A DNA stretch of 64,000 nt from Blastocatellia bacterium (GCA_963765495.1 CAVXWP010000006.1:32001-96000); one strand, 5' to 3'; counted from the stretch's first letter, positions 26,171 to 37,259 are shown. Translations and numbers: made by a program. Notes: generated by a model from the sequence alone, not told the origin.

Positions 26171-28504
26171 ATGAAAAATGAAGACCGAAAAAGATTTTTC
26201 CGTCTGGCAACTTGTGCCGCGCTCGCGTTCACATTTGCGCTTTGCCTTGAAGCAAGCGCCTCGGCTTTGACAGCCCGGCAAAGCCTGCGCGTGGAAGGCA
26301 CGATCACAGATCAGGCGGGTGCTCCGGTTGCCGGAGCAGAAGTTGCCCTCAGCAGTCGAAATTTTTCTGCCAGCCGGATCACAGACGGCAACGGGCATTT
26401 TATCTTTGATTCCGTTTCGACAGAAAGCGGCACGTTGCGAGTTAATGCAGCCGGTTTTGCTCCGCTCGAAAGAGGGTGGAGCGCCGATAACAGAGAGAGT
26501 ATTCAACTCGACATAGAGCTTGCGCCCGCGCCGCTGTCGGAACAGGTGACCGTCACCGCCGAGCGCACGCTCACTCGCGTGAGCGACACGGCGGCAAGCG
26601 TGGCCGTGCTTTCGGCAGAAGACCTTTCGACCAGTGCCGCGCTCACGCTTGATGACACGCTTCGACAGGTGCCGGGTTTCAGCCTGTTTCGCCGGTCGGG
26701 GAGCCGCAGCGCCAACCCTACGACGCAGGGCGTTTCGCTTCGCGGTGTGGGCGCAAGCGGCGCGAGCCGCGCCGTCGTACTTAGCGACGGCATCCCGATC
26801 AACGACCCTTTCGGCGGATGGGTCTACTGGGACAGGGTTCCGCGTCAATCAATAGGTCGTGTCGAAGTAGTTCGCGGCGGCGCGTCGAGTCTTTATGGAA
26901 CCGATAGCCTCGGCGGCGTCATCAACTTCATACCCCGCGAAGTAACTGGTTCCACCCTCTCGCTTGAAGCCTCTTACGGCAACCAGCAGACGCCGAGCCT
27001 GTCCGTGTTCACGGGCGGCAGATTCGATCAGTGGAGCGTCAAACTCGCAGCTGAAACCTTTCACACAGACGGCTATGTGATAGTTGATCCGGACCAGCGC
27101 GGGCGCGTTGATACGCCCGCCACGTCAGAATACTCGGCGCTTGATTTGACTCTCGCCCGACTGCTGTCGGATAAAGGCCGCGTATTTGTCAGCGGTTCTG
27201 TTTTTGGAGAATCGCGCGAAAACGGAACCCCGCTCCAGCTTAATCGAACGCACATCCGTCAGCTTGCCGCCGGAATTGACTGGCAATCCGCAAGCATCGG
27301 AGCCTTTGGGTTGCGCACTTACGCGAGCACTCAGGTGTTCGATCAGGATTTTACGGCCATAGCCTCGGACCGCAACAGCGAAAGCCTCACTCGCAGCCAG
27401 CGCTCTCCTGCTCAACAGGAGGGATTCGGATTTCAGTGGTCGCGGCTGGCGGGATCGAGACAGACGCTGGTAGCCGGACTCGACGGGCGCGAGGTGCGGG
27501 GCTCAAGCGACGAGATAGGTTTTTTTGGCGGGCGGGCTACTTCGGCTCTGGGTGCGGGCGGGCGCGAACGCGTATTCGGATTCTTTGGCCAGGACATCAT
27601 TCGCATCCACCCGCGATGGCTTGTCACCGTGGGCGCGCGTCTTGACCGATGGCGCAATTACGACGCGCTTTCGACCACGCGATCCCTCACACAACCCGGC
27701 GCGGTTTCAGTCACCGATTTTTCAGACAGAACCGAAACCGCTTTTAGCCCTCGATTGTCTGTGCTTCACAAGCTGACGGAAAACATTTCGCTTGTGGCAT
27801 CGGCTTACAGGGCATTTCGAGCGCCTACGCTCAACGAGCTTTATCGCGGCTTTCGCGTCGGAAACATCGTGACACAGGCAAATGAAAACCTGCGCGCCGA
27901 ACGTTTGACCGGCGGCGAAGGCGGCGCGAGCTTTACGGCATTTAATCGGAGGCTCAACACTCGCGGCACATTTTTCTGGAGCGAGGTCACGCGCCCTATT
28001 GCCAACGTGACTCTGAGTTTTACACCCGATCTGATCACTCGCCGCAGACAAAATCTTGGCCGCACCCGCTCGCGCGGCGTCGAGATAGAGACCGAAGCGC
28101 GACTGACCGATTCTTTGACCCTTTCAGGCGGTTATCTGTTTGTCGATGCCACGGTGCTTGAGTTTCCCGCAAACACTATTCTTGAGGGTTTACTGATACC
28201 GCAGATACCGCGTCATCAATTTACATTTCAGATGCGATACACCAACCCCTCGCGTGTCAACGTGGGGGTGCAGGGACGCGCCGTCGGCAATCAATTCGAT
28301 GACGACCTCAATCAATTCAAACTGGATCGTTTCTTCACGCTCGATGCCATCATATCTCGCGCGGTCGCGCCCGGCGTAGAACTGTTCGCAGCCGCCGAAA
28401 ATTTGTTTGACGAGCGTTACACCGTAGGGCGCACGCCGGTCAGAACCATAGGCCCGCCCTTGCTTGCTCGCTTTGGCATCAGATTGAGATTTGGAGCGCG
28501 TTAG
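26171..28504 (+). CDS. TonB-dependent receptor with N-terminal carboxypeptidase-regulatory-like domain
   Basis: EQVTVTA TonB box, plug motifs VLSDGIPIND and VEVVRGGASSLYG..GGVIN, FRAPTLNELY, ENLFDERY. Confidence 0.9.
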   Translation: MKNEDRKRFFRLATCAALAFTFALCLEASASALTARQSLRVEGTITDQAGAPVAGAEVALSSRNFSASRITDGNGHFIFDSVSTESGTLRVNAAGFAPLERGWSADNRESIQLDIELAPAPLSEQVTVTAERTLTRVSDTAASVAVLSAEDLSTSAALTLDDTLRQVPGFSLFRRSGSRSANPTTQGVSLRGVGASGASRAVVLSDGIPINDPFGGWVYWDRVPRQSIGRVEVVRGGASSLYGTDSLGGVINFIPREVTGSTLSLEASYGNQQTPSLSVFTGGRFDQWSVKLAAETFHTDGYVIVDPDQRGRVDTPATSEYSALDLTLARLLSDKGRVFVSGSVFGESRENGTPLQLNRTHIRQLAAGIDWQSASIGAFGLRTYASTQVFDQDFTAIASDRNSESLTRSQRSPAQQEGFGFQWSRLAGSRQTLVAGLDGREVRGSSDEIGFFGGRATSALGAGGRERVFGFFGQDIIRIHPRWLVTVGARLDRWRNYDALSTTRSLTQPGAVSVTDFSDRTETAFSPRLSVLHKLTENISLVASAYRAFRAPTLNELYRGFRVGNIVTQANENLRAERLTGGEGGASFTAFNRRLNTRGTFFWSEVTRPIANVTLSFTPDLITRRRQNLGRTRSRGVEIETEARLTDSLTLSGGYLFVDATVLEFPANTILEGLLIPQIPRHQFTFQMRYTNPSRVNVGVQGRAVGNQFDDDLNQFKLDRFFTLDAIISRAVAPGVELFAAAENLFDERYTVGRTPVRTIGPPLLARFGIRLRFGAR

Positions 28505-29130
28505 ATCACTCTTAATTCGCGCAGGACGCTGAGTATTTGCGGGAGCGGACGCTGCCACAGCCCTTCGACACGAAGCCAGAAACCGGCAATGATCTTCGAT
28601 TGGTAAACGCCTTCTTCACCGATCGGGGTTATATGGTATCGCCCGTCATCAGCCAGCTCATAAAACTCGGCGCTCTGGCGAACAGGGTCAATCAGCCAGT
28701 ATTCTTTGATGCCTGCGCTCTCATATTCAACGAACTTGTCGCCCCGGTCGCGGCCTACGCTTTCGGGCGAGACTATCTCTATCACCACGTCGGCCGGGCC
28801 GTTCAAGTAAGTCTGTTCCAGCAGGTGCAGACGCTCACGCCCGATGAAAATCAGATCAGGCTCGCGCCCGCTCGGACGCCCCGCGAGCCGCATCACAAAC
28901 GGCGCACGCAGGACTTTTCCAAGTTCGTGGGCTTCAACAAAGATTCCCAGGATCTTTTCAATAAAACTACCTATCTCTTGATGATCAACAGGAGCAGGTG
29001 ATGTCATAATAATCTCCCCGTCAATCCACTCGGCCCAGGTGTCTTCGTCGCACCAGTCGAGGAATTCTTCAAAGGACATCTTCTCTTTCGGAGGGACGCG
29101 CCGGGTCATCTCAATCGTTTCTACTGCCAT
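28501..29130 (-). CDS. Uma2 family endonuclease
   Basis: EWIDGEII, REPDLIFI, PADVVIEIVSPES, YESAGIKEYWLIDP. Confidence 0.9.
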   Translation of the reverse strand: MAVETIEMTRRVPPKEKMSFEEFLDWCDEDTWAEWIDGEIIMTSPAPVDHQEIGSFIEKILGIFVEAHELGKVLRAPFVMRLAGRPSGREPDLIFIGRERLHLLEQTYLNGPADVVIEIVSPESVGRDRGDKFVEYESAGIKEYWLIDPVRQSAEFYELADDGRYHITPIGEEGVYQSKIIAGFWLRVEGLWQRPLPQILSVLRELRVI

Positions 29131-29217
29131 TGTGGTTGCTCCTTTTTGTTTTCCAATTCTACCCAAGGCGAGGCCGAATGTTAATAGACCGAAGGGCTGG
29201 TATAATATAAGCCCGTT

Positions 29218-30591
29218 ATGCAACAAGACGCGCTGACGCTCAGATTCGAAGCCGGGACGCTTTTGCTCGACGGGGCCGACCGTTCATTTCAAGCTCCTAC
29301 AGTCTTCAAATGGGATGACAGGGTGAACAGGTGGCGCGCCCCTGCTCTCTTCTATCGCAGCGTAATTACAGAGTTGATCCGCCGCAAGATTCCTCACGAA
29401 GACAAGGCGCGCAGCTATCACGAATTCGATTTCCGCCCCACGCTACAGATCGAGCCGCGTCCCTATCAACAGGAAGCCATAGCGCGCTGGCGAGCTTCAA
29501 ACCGATGCGGGGTCATCATTCTTCCCACGGGCGCGGGCAAAAGCCACGTGGCGCAGATGGCCATAGAGTTGACCAATCGCTCGACGCTGGTCGTGGTCCC
29601 GACCATTGATCTGATGAATCAATGGTATGATCTGCTGCTTTCAAGTTTTCAAGCCGAGATAGGATTGATAGGCGGCGGGTACTTCGAGATAGGCGCGATG
29701 ACGGTGACGACCTACGCATCGGCGTTTCGATTTATGGAGCGGCACGGCCACGAGTTTGGCCTTATCGTCTTTGATGAATGTCATCACCTGCCCGGCAGCG
29801 TCTATCGCTACGCCGCAGAGATGGCCATCGCGCCCTTTCGTCTGGGACTGACCGCCACACCCGAGCGGGCGGACGGCGCCGACGCCATGCTTGATGAATT
29901 GATCGGCCCCATAGTCTATCGGCGGCAGGCCAGAGAGCTTGCCGGCGAGTACCTTTCCGATTACAGCGTAGAGCGAATACACGTCAGCCTCAGTTCAGAG
30001 GAGCGCGAGGCATACGAACGCGAGCGCGCCGTCTTTCGCGGCTTTATAGATGAGCAGGGGATTTCGCTTGGCAGCCTTCGCGGGTGGCAGACATTTATCA
30101 TCTCAAGCGCCAGAAGCCCTCAGGGCAGACGGGCTATGATGGCCTATCGCGAATCGAAGCGAATCGCCCTCGGCACCGATGCCAAGCTGCGGATACTTGC
30201 CGGGTTGCTTCTGCGTCACAAACGCGAAAGAGTGCTGATCTTTACCGCCGAAAACGATATGGTGTACCGCATATCAGAGCAATTTCTGATTCCTGCGATC
30301 ACTCATCATACCGGCGTCAAGGAAAGACGCGAGTGGCTTGAAAGCTTTAACAAAGGCGAAGTCCTGGCGCTCGCTACTTCAAAGGTTCTAAACGAAGGAG
30401 TCAACATCCCGGCCGCTGCAATCGCCATAGTGCTGTCGGGTTCGGGCTCTTCCAGAGAGCATATCCAGCGACTTGGCCGCATACTCAGAAAGCAGCCCGA
30501 CAAGGAAGCGATACTCTACGAAGTGATAACAGCCGATACCACAGAAGAACGCATCAGCGAGCGACGCAGCAGCGGCGACCAATTCGCCTAG
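29218..30591 (+). CDS. XPB/Rad25-like SF2 DNA helicase
   Basis: LPTGAGKS, DECHH, LGLTATPER, LNEGVNIP, QRLGRILR. Confidence 0.85.
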   Translation: MQQDALTLRFEAGTLLLDGADRSFQAPTVFKWDDRVNRWRAPALFYRSVITELIRRKIPHEDKARSYHEFDFRPTLQIEPRPYQQEAIARWRASNRCGVIILPTGAGKSHVAQMAIELTNRSTLVVVPTIDLMNQWYDLLLSSFQAEIGLIGGGYFEIGAMTVTTYASAFRFMERHGHEFGLIVFDECHHLPGSVYRYAAEMAIAPFRLGLTATPERADGADAMLDELIGPIVYRRQARELAGEYLSDYSVERIHVSLSSEEREAYERERAVFRGFIDEQGISLGSLRGWQTFIISSARSPQGRRAMMAYRESKRIALGTDAKLRILAGLLLRHKRERVLIFTAENDMVYRISEQFLIPAITHHTGVKERREWLESFNKGEVLALATSKVLNEGVNIPAAAIAIVLSGSGSSREHIQRLGRILRKQPDKEAILYEVITADTTEERISERRSSGDQFA

Positions 30592-30642
30592 ACAGGATTA
30601 ACAGGTTTTACAGGATTGAATATGTGTTTTGTAAATCCTGTC
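30591..30642. repeat. ACAGGATT-type palindromic repeat
   Basis: GACAGGATTAACAGG...AATCCTGTC between the helicase and DUF790 genes. Confidence 0.65.
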
Positions 30643-30658
30643 AAAAAAAGAGCAGATT

Positions 30659-31867
30659 ATGCTGACTTCCGATCTTGCTATGAGCTGGCGGCGCGGGCGC
30701 GCGACCGGGCCAAAGTACATAGATGTAAACGCGGCGGCCTATCTTCAGGTGGCCGAAGGGTTGATAAGTATAGTCCGCGAGCACGAAGATCTGACTCGCG
30801 GCACGCTCGATGAAGCCTTGCAGGAATACGTTGGAACCGCGACCGATTACAAGATTTTGCGCGGCTTGATAAAGCTGCTTATGGATCGCTGCGTCTTTGA
30901 AACCGCAAGCGCGCGCGACCCCGCGGAGATTCGACGCGCGCTGTTTCTCGAGGCCCGCTCGCATCACCCCGTCTCGCAAAACGAAGAGGCTCGCCACAGG
31001 GTTCTGACAGAAATCGCAGCCGCGCTTGATTCAAATCCTTCGGAGTTGATCGAAGGGCTGTACGCGGATTTGCCTGAGAACCAGAGATTGACTGGTTTTG
31101 AGGAACTCCCTGCGCGTGAGTTGCTTGACCGCTACAATCTGGCTCAGGCGCAGGCCATGCTTTATCGTTCGGTCGAGATGCGCCTCAAGGTCGAGCCTCT
31201 GTCGACGGCCGATTACCGACAGCTGTTTGATGCCATCAAGACTTACAGATTGATTCACACGATTTCGGGCCGCGCCGAAACCGGATATGAGATTCGCCTG
31301 AGCGGCCCGGTTTCGATGTTTCATCGTTCGCAGAAATACGGCGTGCAGATGGCCGTATTTCTGCCCGCGCTGCTCGCCTGCCGGGGCTGGACGATGCGCG
31401 CGGAGATAGATTTGAAATTCGGCGGCACGGCCTTCTTCGATCTCGACAGCAGGCAAACCGAACTGCACTCTTACTTCCTCAGCGAAGAGGCCGGTGAAAA
31501 TCCTCTGGTCGATAAACTGATGACTAAATGGGAGACGCTTGTAAGTCAATGGGGTTTAGAGATCAGCCGCGAAGTCATCGCTCTGGGCGCAAGCGCCTTC
31601 ATACCCGATTTCGTCTTCGCTCGCGCCGATGGAAAACGCATCTATCTTGAGGTGCTGGGATTCTGGACGCCGCGCTATCTTGCGGATCGGTTGAAGGAGT
31701 TCGAGCAGGCCGGGTTTAAGGATTTCATTCTGGCCTTGTCAAACGAATTGCGCGGCAGCCGCGATGTCCCGCCCCGCCTGCCGCCAAACGTAGTCGAGTT
31801 CAAATCGGTTCTCGATGCGGCTGCCATAAACGCGGCGCTCGATTATTTGACGCGGGACCAGACCTGA
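30659..31867 (+). CDS. DUF790 family (Bax1-like) nuclease
   Basis: MLTSDL start, LYADL, RYNLAQAQ, SGPVSMF...KYG, IPDF...YLEVLGFWTPRYL nuclease-like motif. Confidence 0.85.
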   Translation: MLTSDLAMSWRRGRATGPKYIDVNAAAYLQVAEGLISIVREHEDLTRGTLDEALQEYVGTATDYKILRGLIKLLMDRCVFETASARDPAEIRRALFLEARSHHPVSQNEEARHRVLTEIAAALDSNPSELIEGLYADLPENQRLTGFEELPARELLDRYNLAQAQAMLYRSVEMRLKVEPLSTADYRQLFDAIKTYRLIHTISGRAETGYEIRLSGPVSMFHRSQKYGVQMAVFLPALLACRGWTMRAEIDLKFGGTAFFDLDSRQTELHSYFLSEEAGENPLVDKLMTKWETLVSQWGLEISREVIALGASAFIPDFVFARADGKRIYLEVLGFWTPRYLADRLKEFEQAGFKDFILALSNELRGSRDVPPRLPPNVVEFKSVLDAAAINAALDYLTRDQT

Positions 31868-32827
31868 TCATCGGGCAGTTTTTATGACGCGAATATCATA
31901 GCTCTCGCTCAATTTGCGCCCCTTTTTCTCTCGCTCGTAAATTCTGATCCTGTAACTGCCCGACGACAGGAAACGCGCGGGCAGGCTGATCGTGTAATCA
32001 TTGGTCGATTGACGAATCAAACCTTTGGCCTGCCAGATGATCCTCTTTTGATGATTGGCAATCTCTACATCATACCTCTGAAAATCAGCCCCGCTTTGAG
32101 AGTTTAAAATCAAAGTTACGTTTGTGATCCGCGATGGAATCTGCAACTCGTTCAGGTTTTGCTCGCTTGAGCGAACCGTCGCATTGCTCGGATAGACATC
32201 AAGCGCAAGGATGTTTGCATGCGGCGAAGCTGCGTCTTCAGCCTCTTTTTGAAGGCGAGCTATTTCACTGTCGCTCTCCTGTTGTTTGCGACGAAGTTCG
32301 GATTCGATCTGTCGCAATTGCTCGTTTTCGCGTTCCAGCCTGAGGCGTTCGGCCTCCTGATTGGCTAGCCTTTCGCTCATGGTTTTCTGCTCGGCAGCCA
32401 ATCGGTCTTGAAAAGCTTTCTCCTGCTGCCTGCCCCGGAGCCAGCCCCCAACGAGTATGAAAGCAAGAAGAGTCGCTGCCATAGCCGCGTATTGCCACCT
32501 GAAAGCCGGGCGGCCTGTTTGCGCTGAAATCGGGATGACTTGAGCCGGTTCTTCTTCAAGAGCGCGGCTTTCGCGCACCAACCGGAGTTCTTCGGCGCAC
32601 TCGTCGCAATCTCGCAGGTGGTTCTCAATAAGACTCTGAGCGGAGGCGGTTCCCACCCGTTCGTATGCGTAGTCTATGAGCGCGTCTGCGGGCAGATGCC
32701 TGTTGTAGAGCTTCAACGCAAAAAGCGTCTCTCCGAGTTCGAGGCGGCACCGCTCGCACTCGGCCACGTGTTTGCGCACACGGCGCGCCTCTTCGCCTTC
32801 AAGCGTATCGTTTGCCAGCCAGGGCAA
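31868..32827 (-). CDS. zf-HC2 anti-sigma-like membrane protein, N-terminus apparently damaged
   Basis: Two HxxxCxxC motifs (HVAECERC, HLRDCDEC), TM helix, coiled coil; C-terminal domain resembles 2386-3408; in-frame stop two codons before the TTG. Confidence 0.7.
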   Translation of the reverse strand: MPWLANDTLEGEEARRVRKHVAECERCRLELGETLFALKLYNRHLPADALIDYAYERVGTASAQSLIENHLRDCDECAEELRLVRESRALEEEPAQVIPISAQTGRPAFRWQYAAMAATLLAFILVGGWLRGRQQEKAFQDRLAAEQKTMSERLANQEAERLRLERENEQLRQIESELRRKQQESDSEIARLQKEAEDAASPHANILALDVYPSNATVRSSEQNLNELQIPSRITNVTLILNSQSGADFQRYDVEIANHQKRIIWQAKGLIRQSTNDYTISLPARFLSSGSYRIRIYEREKKGRKLSESYDIRVIKTAR

Positions 32828-32921
32828 ATATTAAAAGCTTGTTGCCATTGACACCAAGATAGACAGGGATGGATTCACTCATCTCTTTGGGGCCAGTGAT
32901 TTTGGCCGGGTTTATGAACTT

Positions 32922-34070
32922 GTGCCAGAAGCGAGCTTTTTTGGGGTTTTCGCTGATGCCGTTCCCCTTGAATCAGGCTCGCTTCCCACAACCGGAGGCG
33001 GAAGCACGGGACTCACCGAGGATGGTTCATCCGGCCTTTGCGAATTGCATATAGTAAACAGCAGCGGGAACAATATCCTCGTGGATGTTGAGACGGGCCA
33101 CTTCTCAGTCGGCAATGCTTTGAAAGCAGATGCCGCAGCCAAGGCTCCCCCCTGCACCGATCCAAATCAACAGCCTTGCCCGCAAGGAAATATGACTTAC
33201 TTCATAGACTCCATAACGGATGCGGTGTATCAGGCTGAAATACCCTTTCTTGGTTCGACCGCGTTAACTATGGTGGGAACTCTCGACATGGATACAACCT
33301 CGTCGGTCGGGTTGGATTTTAGCAAGAAGGGAGACCTGTTTGTGACACTGACACTGAACGGAGAGACGCATTCGAACCTCTACAGAATTGACATGCAGAC
33401 GGGGAAACCTACCCTGATTATGCCGCTTGATTCTGTGATCGAGTCGATTGCGACGGCCGAAGACTTTACCCTCTCAAGCATAAACCCGCCGGCGACTAAA
33501 ATAAATCTCAATAAAACGAATATGTTTACGGGGTCGGCCACGATCTCGCGCGACGGCAACCCTGTTGCCAATGTGCCGGTCAATATTGATGTAAAGGGTG
33601 TGAATAATTTCACCATCCAGAATGTCACGAATTCCGAAGGCAATGTCACAATCGAGTACGCGAACCTTTCCGGGAATCCCGGGCTGGATACCATCACCGT
33701 GAGCAGCCCTACGTCTACCGACGACGGTCTGCTTCAAATCGGAGAGCAGGACACTCGATTCTTCCCTTCACAGGCTACGGTAGAGTGGACAACCGGGCCG
33801 ATCATCGACAAGGTCAAAGTAAAAGGCAACGGCAATAACCTGGTGCTGACAGGGGCGATGTTTCGAGCCGATGATCGCGTTTTCATCAACGGAGTTGAAG
33901 TGCCCGCAAATCTCGTGAAATTCAAAAACAACGGAAAAATCCTCTTGAAACTCAAGAGCCGCAAAGGCGAGTTTCTCAATCCCTGTGTAAACGGAGGGTC
34001 GGAAAACAGGCTGACTGTGGTAAATTCTGAGGGCGGAACCGAGGAAGCGAGCTTCATAGCCTGCCCTTGA
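32922..34070 (+). CDS. Extracellular-type beta-rich protein (propeller-like plus Ig-like), possibly 5'-truncated
   Basis: Thr/Asn/Gly-rich; GLDFS..G.LF and LYRIDMQTGKPT units; no clear signal peptide. Confidence 0.55.
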   Translation: MPEASFFGVFADAVPLESGSLPTTGGGSTGLTEDGSSGLCELHIVNSSGNNILVDVETGHFSVGNALKADAAAKAPPCTDPNQQPCPQGNMTYFIDSITDAVYQAEIPFLGSTALTMVGTLDMDTTSSVGLDFSKKGDLFVTLTLNGETHSNLYRIDMQTGKPTLIMPLDSVIESIATAEDFTLSSINPPATKINLNKTNMFTGSATISRDGNPVANVPVNIDVKGVNNFTIQNVTNSEGNVTIEYANLSGNPGLDTITVSSPTSTDDGLLQIGEQDTRFFPSQATVEWTTGPIIDKVKVKGNGNNLVLTGAMFRADDRVFINGVEVPANLVKFKNNGKILLKLKSRKGEFLNPCVNGGSENRLTVVNSEGGTEEASFIACP

Positions 34071-34104
34071 TGAGTGAACCGATTTTCCTCGGAAGGAAAC
34101 TCGA

Positions 34105-36077
34105 ATGAGCGCGAGCCCTCTCAAAACAATCCGTCGAAAACACCGGAACCTGACGCCGATCTGGATCACGGTTCTTCTATTAGCGGCAGGCTCTCCGGTT
34201 GTGCCCGGGGCGAACGCTCTCTATTTTCAAGACAAAAATCTTAACGCTGGGCTCGAACAGGGCGCAGCCTTCGCCCGCCAATTGGGCGCGGGGGAGATTC
34301 ATGCCTACACATTGAGGCTGGTTGCGGGGCAATACGCGCACGTCTCAATCGCGCAACAGGGTGTAAACGTGATCGTGACTCTTTCCGGGTCTGACGGCAA
34401 GGTGCTTGCCACTGTGAATCGGCGAGATTTCAATCAGGGGATAGAGTCGGTTTCGTTTGTCGCCGAAACGACCGGAGATTATCGCCTCGAAGTGCGCGCA
34501 GGTGAAGGCGGCGAAGCCGGGCATTATCACATCCGCGTGGAGGAATGGCGCGGGGCAACGATTCAGGATAAGGACCGCGTCGCAGCCGAAAGACACCTCG
34601 ATGAAGCGCGGAGACTGAAGCGCAGGTGGTGGGTTGAAGAATCGCTTAGGGCCGCCGCCCGTGAAGCGGAAGAATCGCTCCTGCTTTGCGAGCGAGCAGG
34701 CGACGCCGAAATGGAGGCCGACTCGCTCCTTCAATTAGGCAGCATCTATCAGTTCATGAGCGATAGCGCAAAGGTCATAGAGTATTGTGATCGGGCGCTT
34801 GCGCTCAGTCGGGCGGCCCGCGACCCTTTCGGGGAAGCCCGGGCGCTTATGATCCTTGCAAAGACGCGCGGAAGGGCGATCAGCGCTATGCCGAGCTTCG
34901 TTATCCCGAATCGCTCAGGTTTGAACAGATTCGCCGCCTGCTCGATGATCGGACGGCGCTGCTCGAATACATGATCGGAAAGGACTCCTCATTTCTTTTC
35001 GTGGTCAGTCGGGAGGGGGTTGAAAGCTACGGCCTGCCGCAAGCGGCCGAGATGGAAGAACTGGTTGAAGAGATACGGGAAGCATTGAAGCGGCCCGGAC
35101 GGCGCGAATTTGCCCGCTATGTGAGCGCAGCCCGGCGGCTTTATGATGCGGTTATCCTGCCTGCCGCAGACAGACTTGCCGGAAAGAAACGATTGCTGAT
35201 AGCTCCCGACGGAGCCCTGTATTATCTGCCGTTCGAGCTTCTGTTAAGCAGTCAGGCAAATACGGAAGGCCGCGCTGTTTACAAAGAACAGCCCTTCTTG
35301 CTCAGGCAATGGGCGATCAGTTACATCCCTTCGGCGGGCGTGCTTGCGAGCCTCGAAAGCGGGAAAGCAAGAGCCGAGCCCCTATCATCAGAAGCAAAGC
35401 AATTTATTGCCTTCGCCGATCCCGTTTACCCGCCCGCCGGAAAAGCCGATTATAACGAGGCGAGCCGCGTGGCCCGCAGCCTTGCCGGAAGAGACAGGTT
35501 CAGGCTGGAGCGTCTGAGCGATTCGGGCCGCGAGGTCAAATCTATAGCCGCAGCCTTCGAGCCTGAAAGCGCGATCATCTATCTGAGACAGGAAGCCAGA
35601 GAAGAAAACGTAAAGAACAACCCTGATTTGAGCCGCGCCCGTCGCATACATTTCGCCGCGCACGGGCTGATCAGCGAGCCCGAGCCCGAGTATTCGGGGC
35701 TCGTCCTATCGCTGGATGAAGATCACGCGGAAGACGGCATCTTGCAGGTTTACGAGATATTCGATCTGAGGCTGACAGCGGACCTTGTGGTGTTGTCGGC
35801 CTGTCGGACGGGGTTGGGGAAGAAGCTCAGAGGCGAAGGGGTGATCGGATTGAGCCGGGCTTTTTTGTATGCGGGAGCATCAAGCGTTGTGGTGAGTCTG
35901 TGGCAGGTGGCCGATAAATCCACAGCCGATTTGATGGTCAGGTTTTATCAAGGGATGGAGGGCGAAAACGATAAATCCGAATCGCTCAGACAGGCAAAGC
36001 TCAAGATGATCGAATCGAGTCCTTACAGCCATCCCTACTACTGGGCCCCGTTTATTCTGATTGGCGACCCGCGATGA
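34105..36077 (+). pseudogene. PPC-TPR-CHAT protein split by an internal deletion/frameshift
   Basis: ORF 34105-34974 has signal peptide, PPC-like domain and 1-2 TPRs, then loses sense. The CHAT-frame peptide RYAELRYPESL...LLEYMIG starts near 34885 and continues as 34971-36077 (HFAAHG, VLSACRTGLG). Confidence 0.75.
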
Positions 36078-36164
36078 TGATGCGTGAAGCGTGATGCGTG
36101 ATTAACCCGGCTTGCAAATTGCTTTTTACACGCAGGTTCCAAATTAATCACGCATCACGCTTCA
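36078..36164. repeat. GCGTGAT heptamer inverted repeat between convergent genes
   Basis: Perfect 21-bp IR, 36085-36105 versus 36144-36164. Confidence 0.85.
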
Positions 36165-37259
36165 TTTGTATATTTCGCCGAAGAGCTTGCCCGCAATCTC
36201 TTTGTCTATAGTCTTGAGAACCTTATACTCCTCAAGCGCCGTTCCTCTGTCTCCGAGCATCAGATGTGTCTGAGCAAGTCTGTAATGCGCCTGCGCGTGC
36301 TCCGGGTCAATGCTTATAGCCTGTTTGTATGCCTGTTTGGCTTCCGACAGTCGTTTCATCTTCTGCAAGGTCGTGCCAAGCACGTAAGGCGCGCCTACGA
36401 AATCGGGTTTGAGATTGACGGCCTCTTTATAGGCCGTTATTGCCTCATCCATGCGTCCGAGATTGGCATAGGCCGCGCCCAGATTATAATACGAGTCGCC
36501 GGAATCCGGTTTTACCTTGAGCGCCGCCTGATAAGCGGCTATCGCATCTTCGTAGCGGCCCAGCTTGTGACAGCCCACTCCGATATTATAATGCGCGTCT
36601 ACGTAATCAGGTTTGACCGCGATGGCCTGCCGATAGGCTTCCAGTGCTTCTTCGGCTCGTCCCTGTCTGGAATATGCCACGCCGAGTTTATAGTGCGCCT
36701 CCGCATAGTCGGGCTTGATGTTTATGGCCTGCTTCAAAGCAATTATCGCTTCGTCCAGACGGCCAAGCCTGTGATGCAGCATCCCCAGATTGAAATGCGC
36801 CGCCGCGCTGTTCGGCTCGATGCGAAGCGCCTGATTGTATGAGGCTATCGCATCGTCATATCGCTCAAGATTTTCGTAGGCCACCGCCAGGTTGTAATAA
36901 GCCTTGGGGTGTTCCAGGTTGATGCTGATGGCTTTTCTGTAAGCGACGAGCGACTGTTCATACAGGCCCATCCTCGTGTAGAGGTCGCCCATTTCGCAAT
37001 AGGCCAGTTCATCTTCGGGCGATATCCGAATCGCCTCATTATAAGCTTCGACCGCCTCGTCGTAACGCCCCAGATTGGCGTAGATTTCACCGAGTCTGTG
37101 TCGCGCATAGATGTCATCGGGCGCAACACGCACAGCCATACCGTAAGCTGCAAGAGCCTCTTCATACTGGCCCTGCCTCGAAAGCTCGCCGCCTCTTTCT
37201 ATAGCTTCGAGTGAGGCTCGAATCCGGCTGCGTTTTCTCAATCCATCGAATAGCCTCAT
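36162..37259 (-). CDS. Tetratricopeptide repeat protein
   Basis: About 10 canonical TPRs (AYYNLAVAYENLERYDDAIASYNQALRIEP). Confidence 0.9.
   Translation of the reverse strand: MRLFDGLRKRSRIRASLEAIERGGELSRQGQYEEALAAYGMAVRVAPDDIYARHRLGEIYANLGRYDEAVEAYNEAIRISPEDELAYCEMGDLYTRMGLYEQSLVAYRKAISINLEHPKAYYNLAVAYENLERYDDAIASYNQALRIEPNSAAAHFNLGMLHHRLGRLDEAIIALKQAINIKPDYAEAHYKLGVAYSRQGRAEEALEAYRQAIAVKPDYVDAHYNIGVGCHKLGRYEDAIAAYQAALKVKPDSGDSYYNLGAAYANLGRMDEAITAYKEAVNLKPDFVGAPYVLGTTLQKMKRLSEAKQAYKQAISIDPEHAQAHYRLAQTHLMLGDRGTALEEYKVLKTIDKEIAGKLFGEIYK

Noticed and set aside
28501-29130. Uma2 gene as a restriction-modification system
   Set aside because: No DNA methyltransferase nearby; stand-alone Uma2 paralogues are common.
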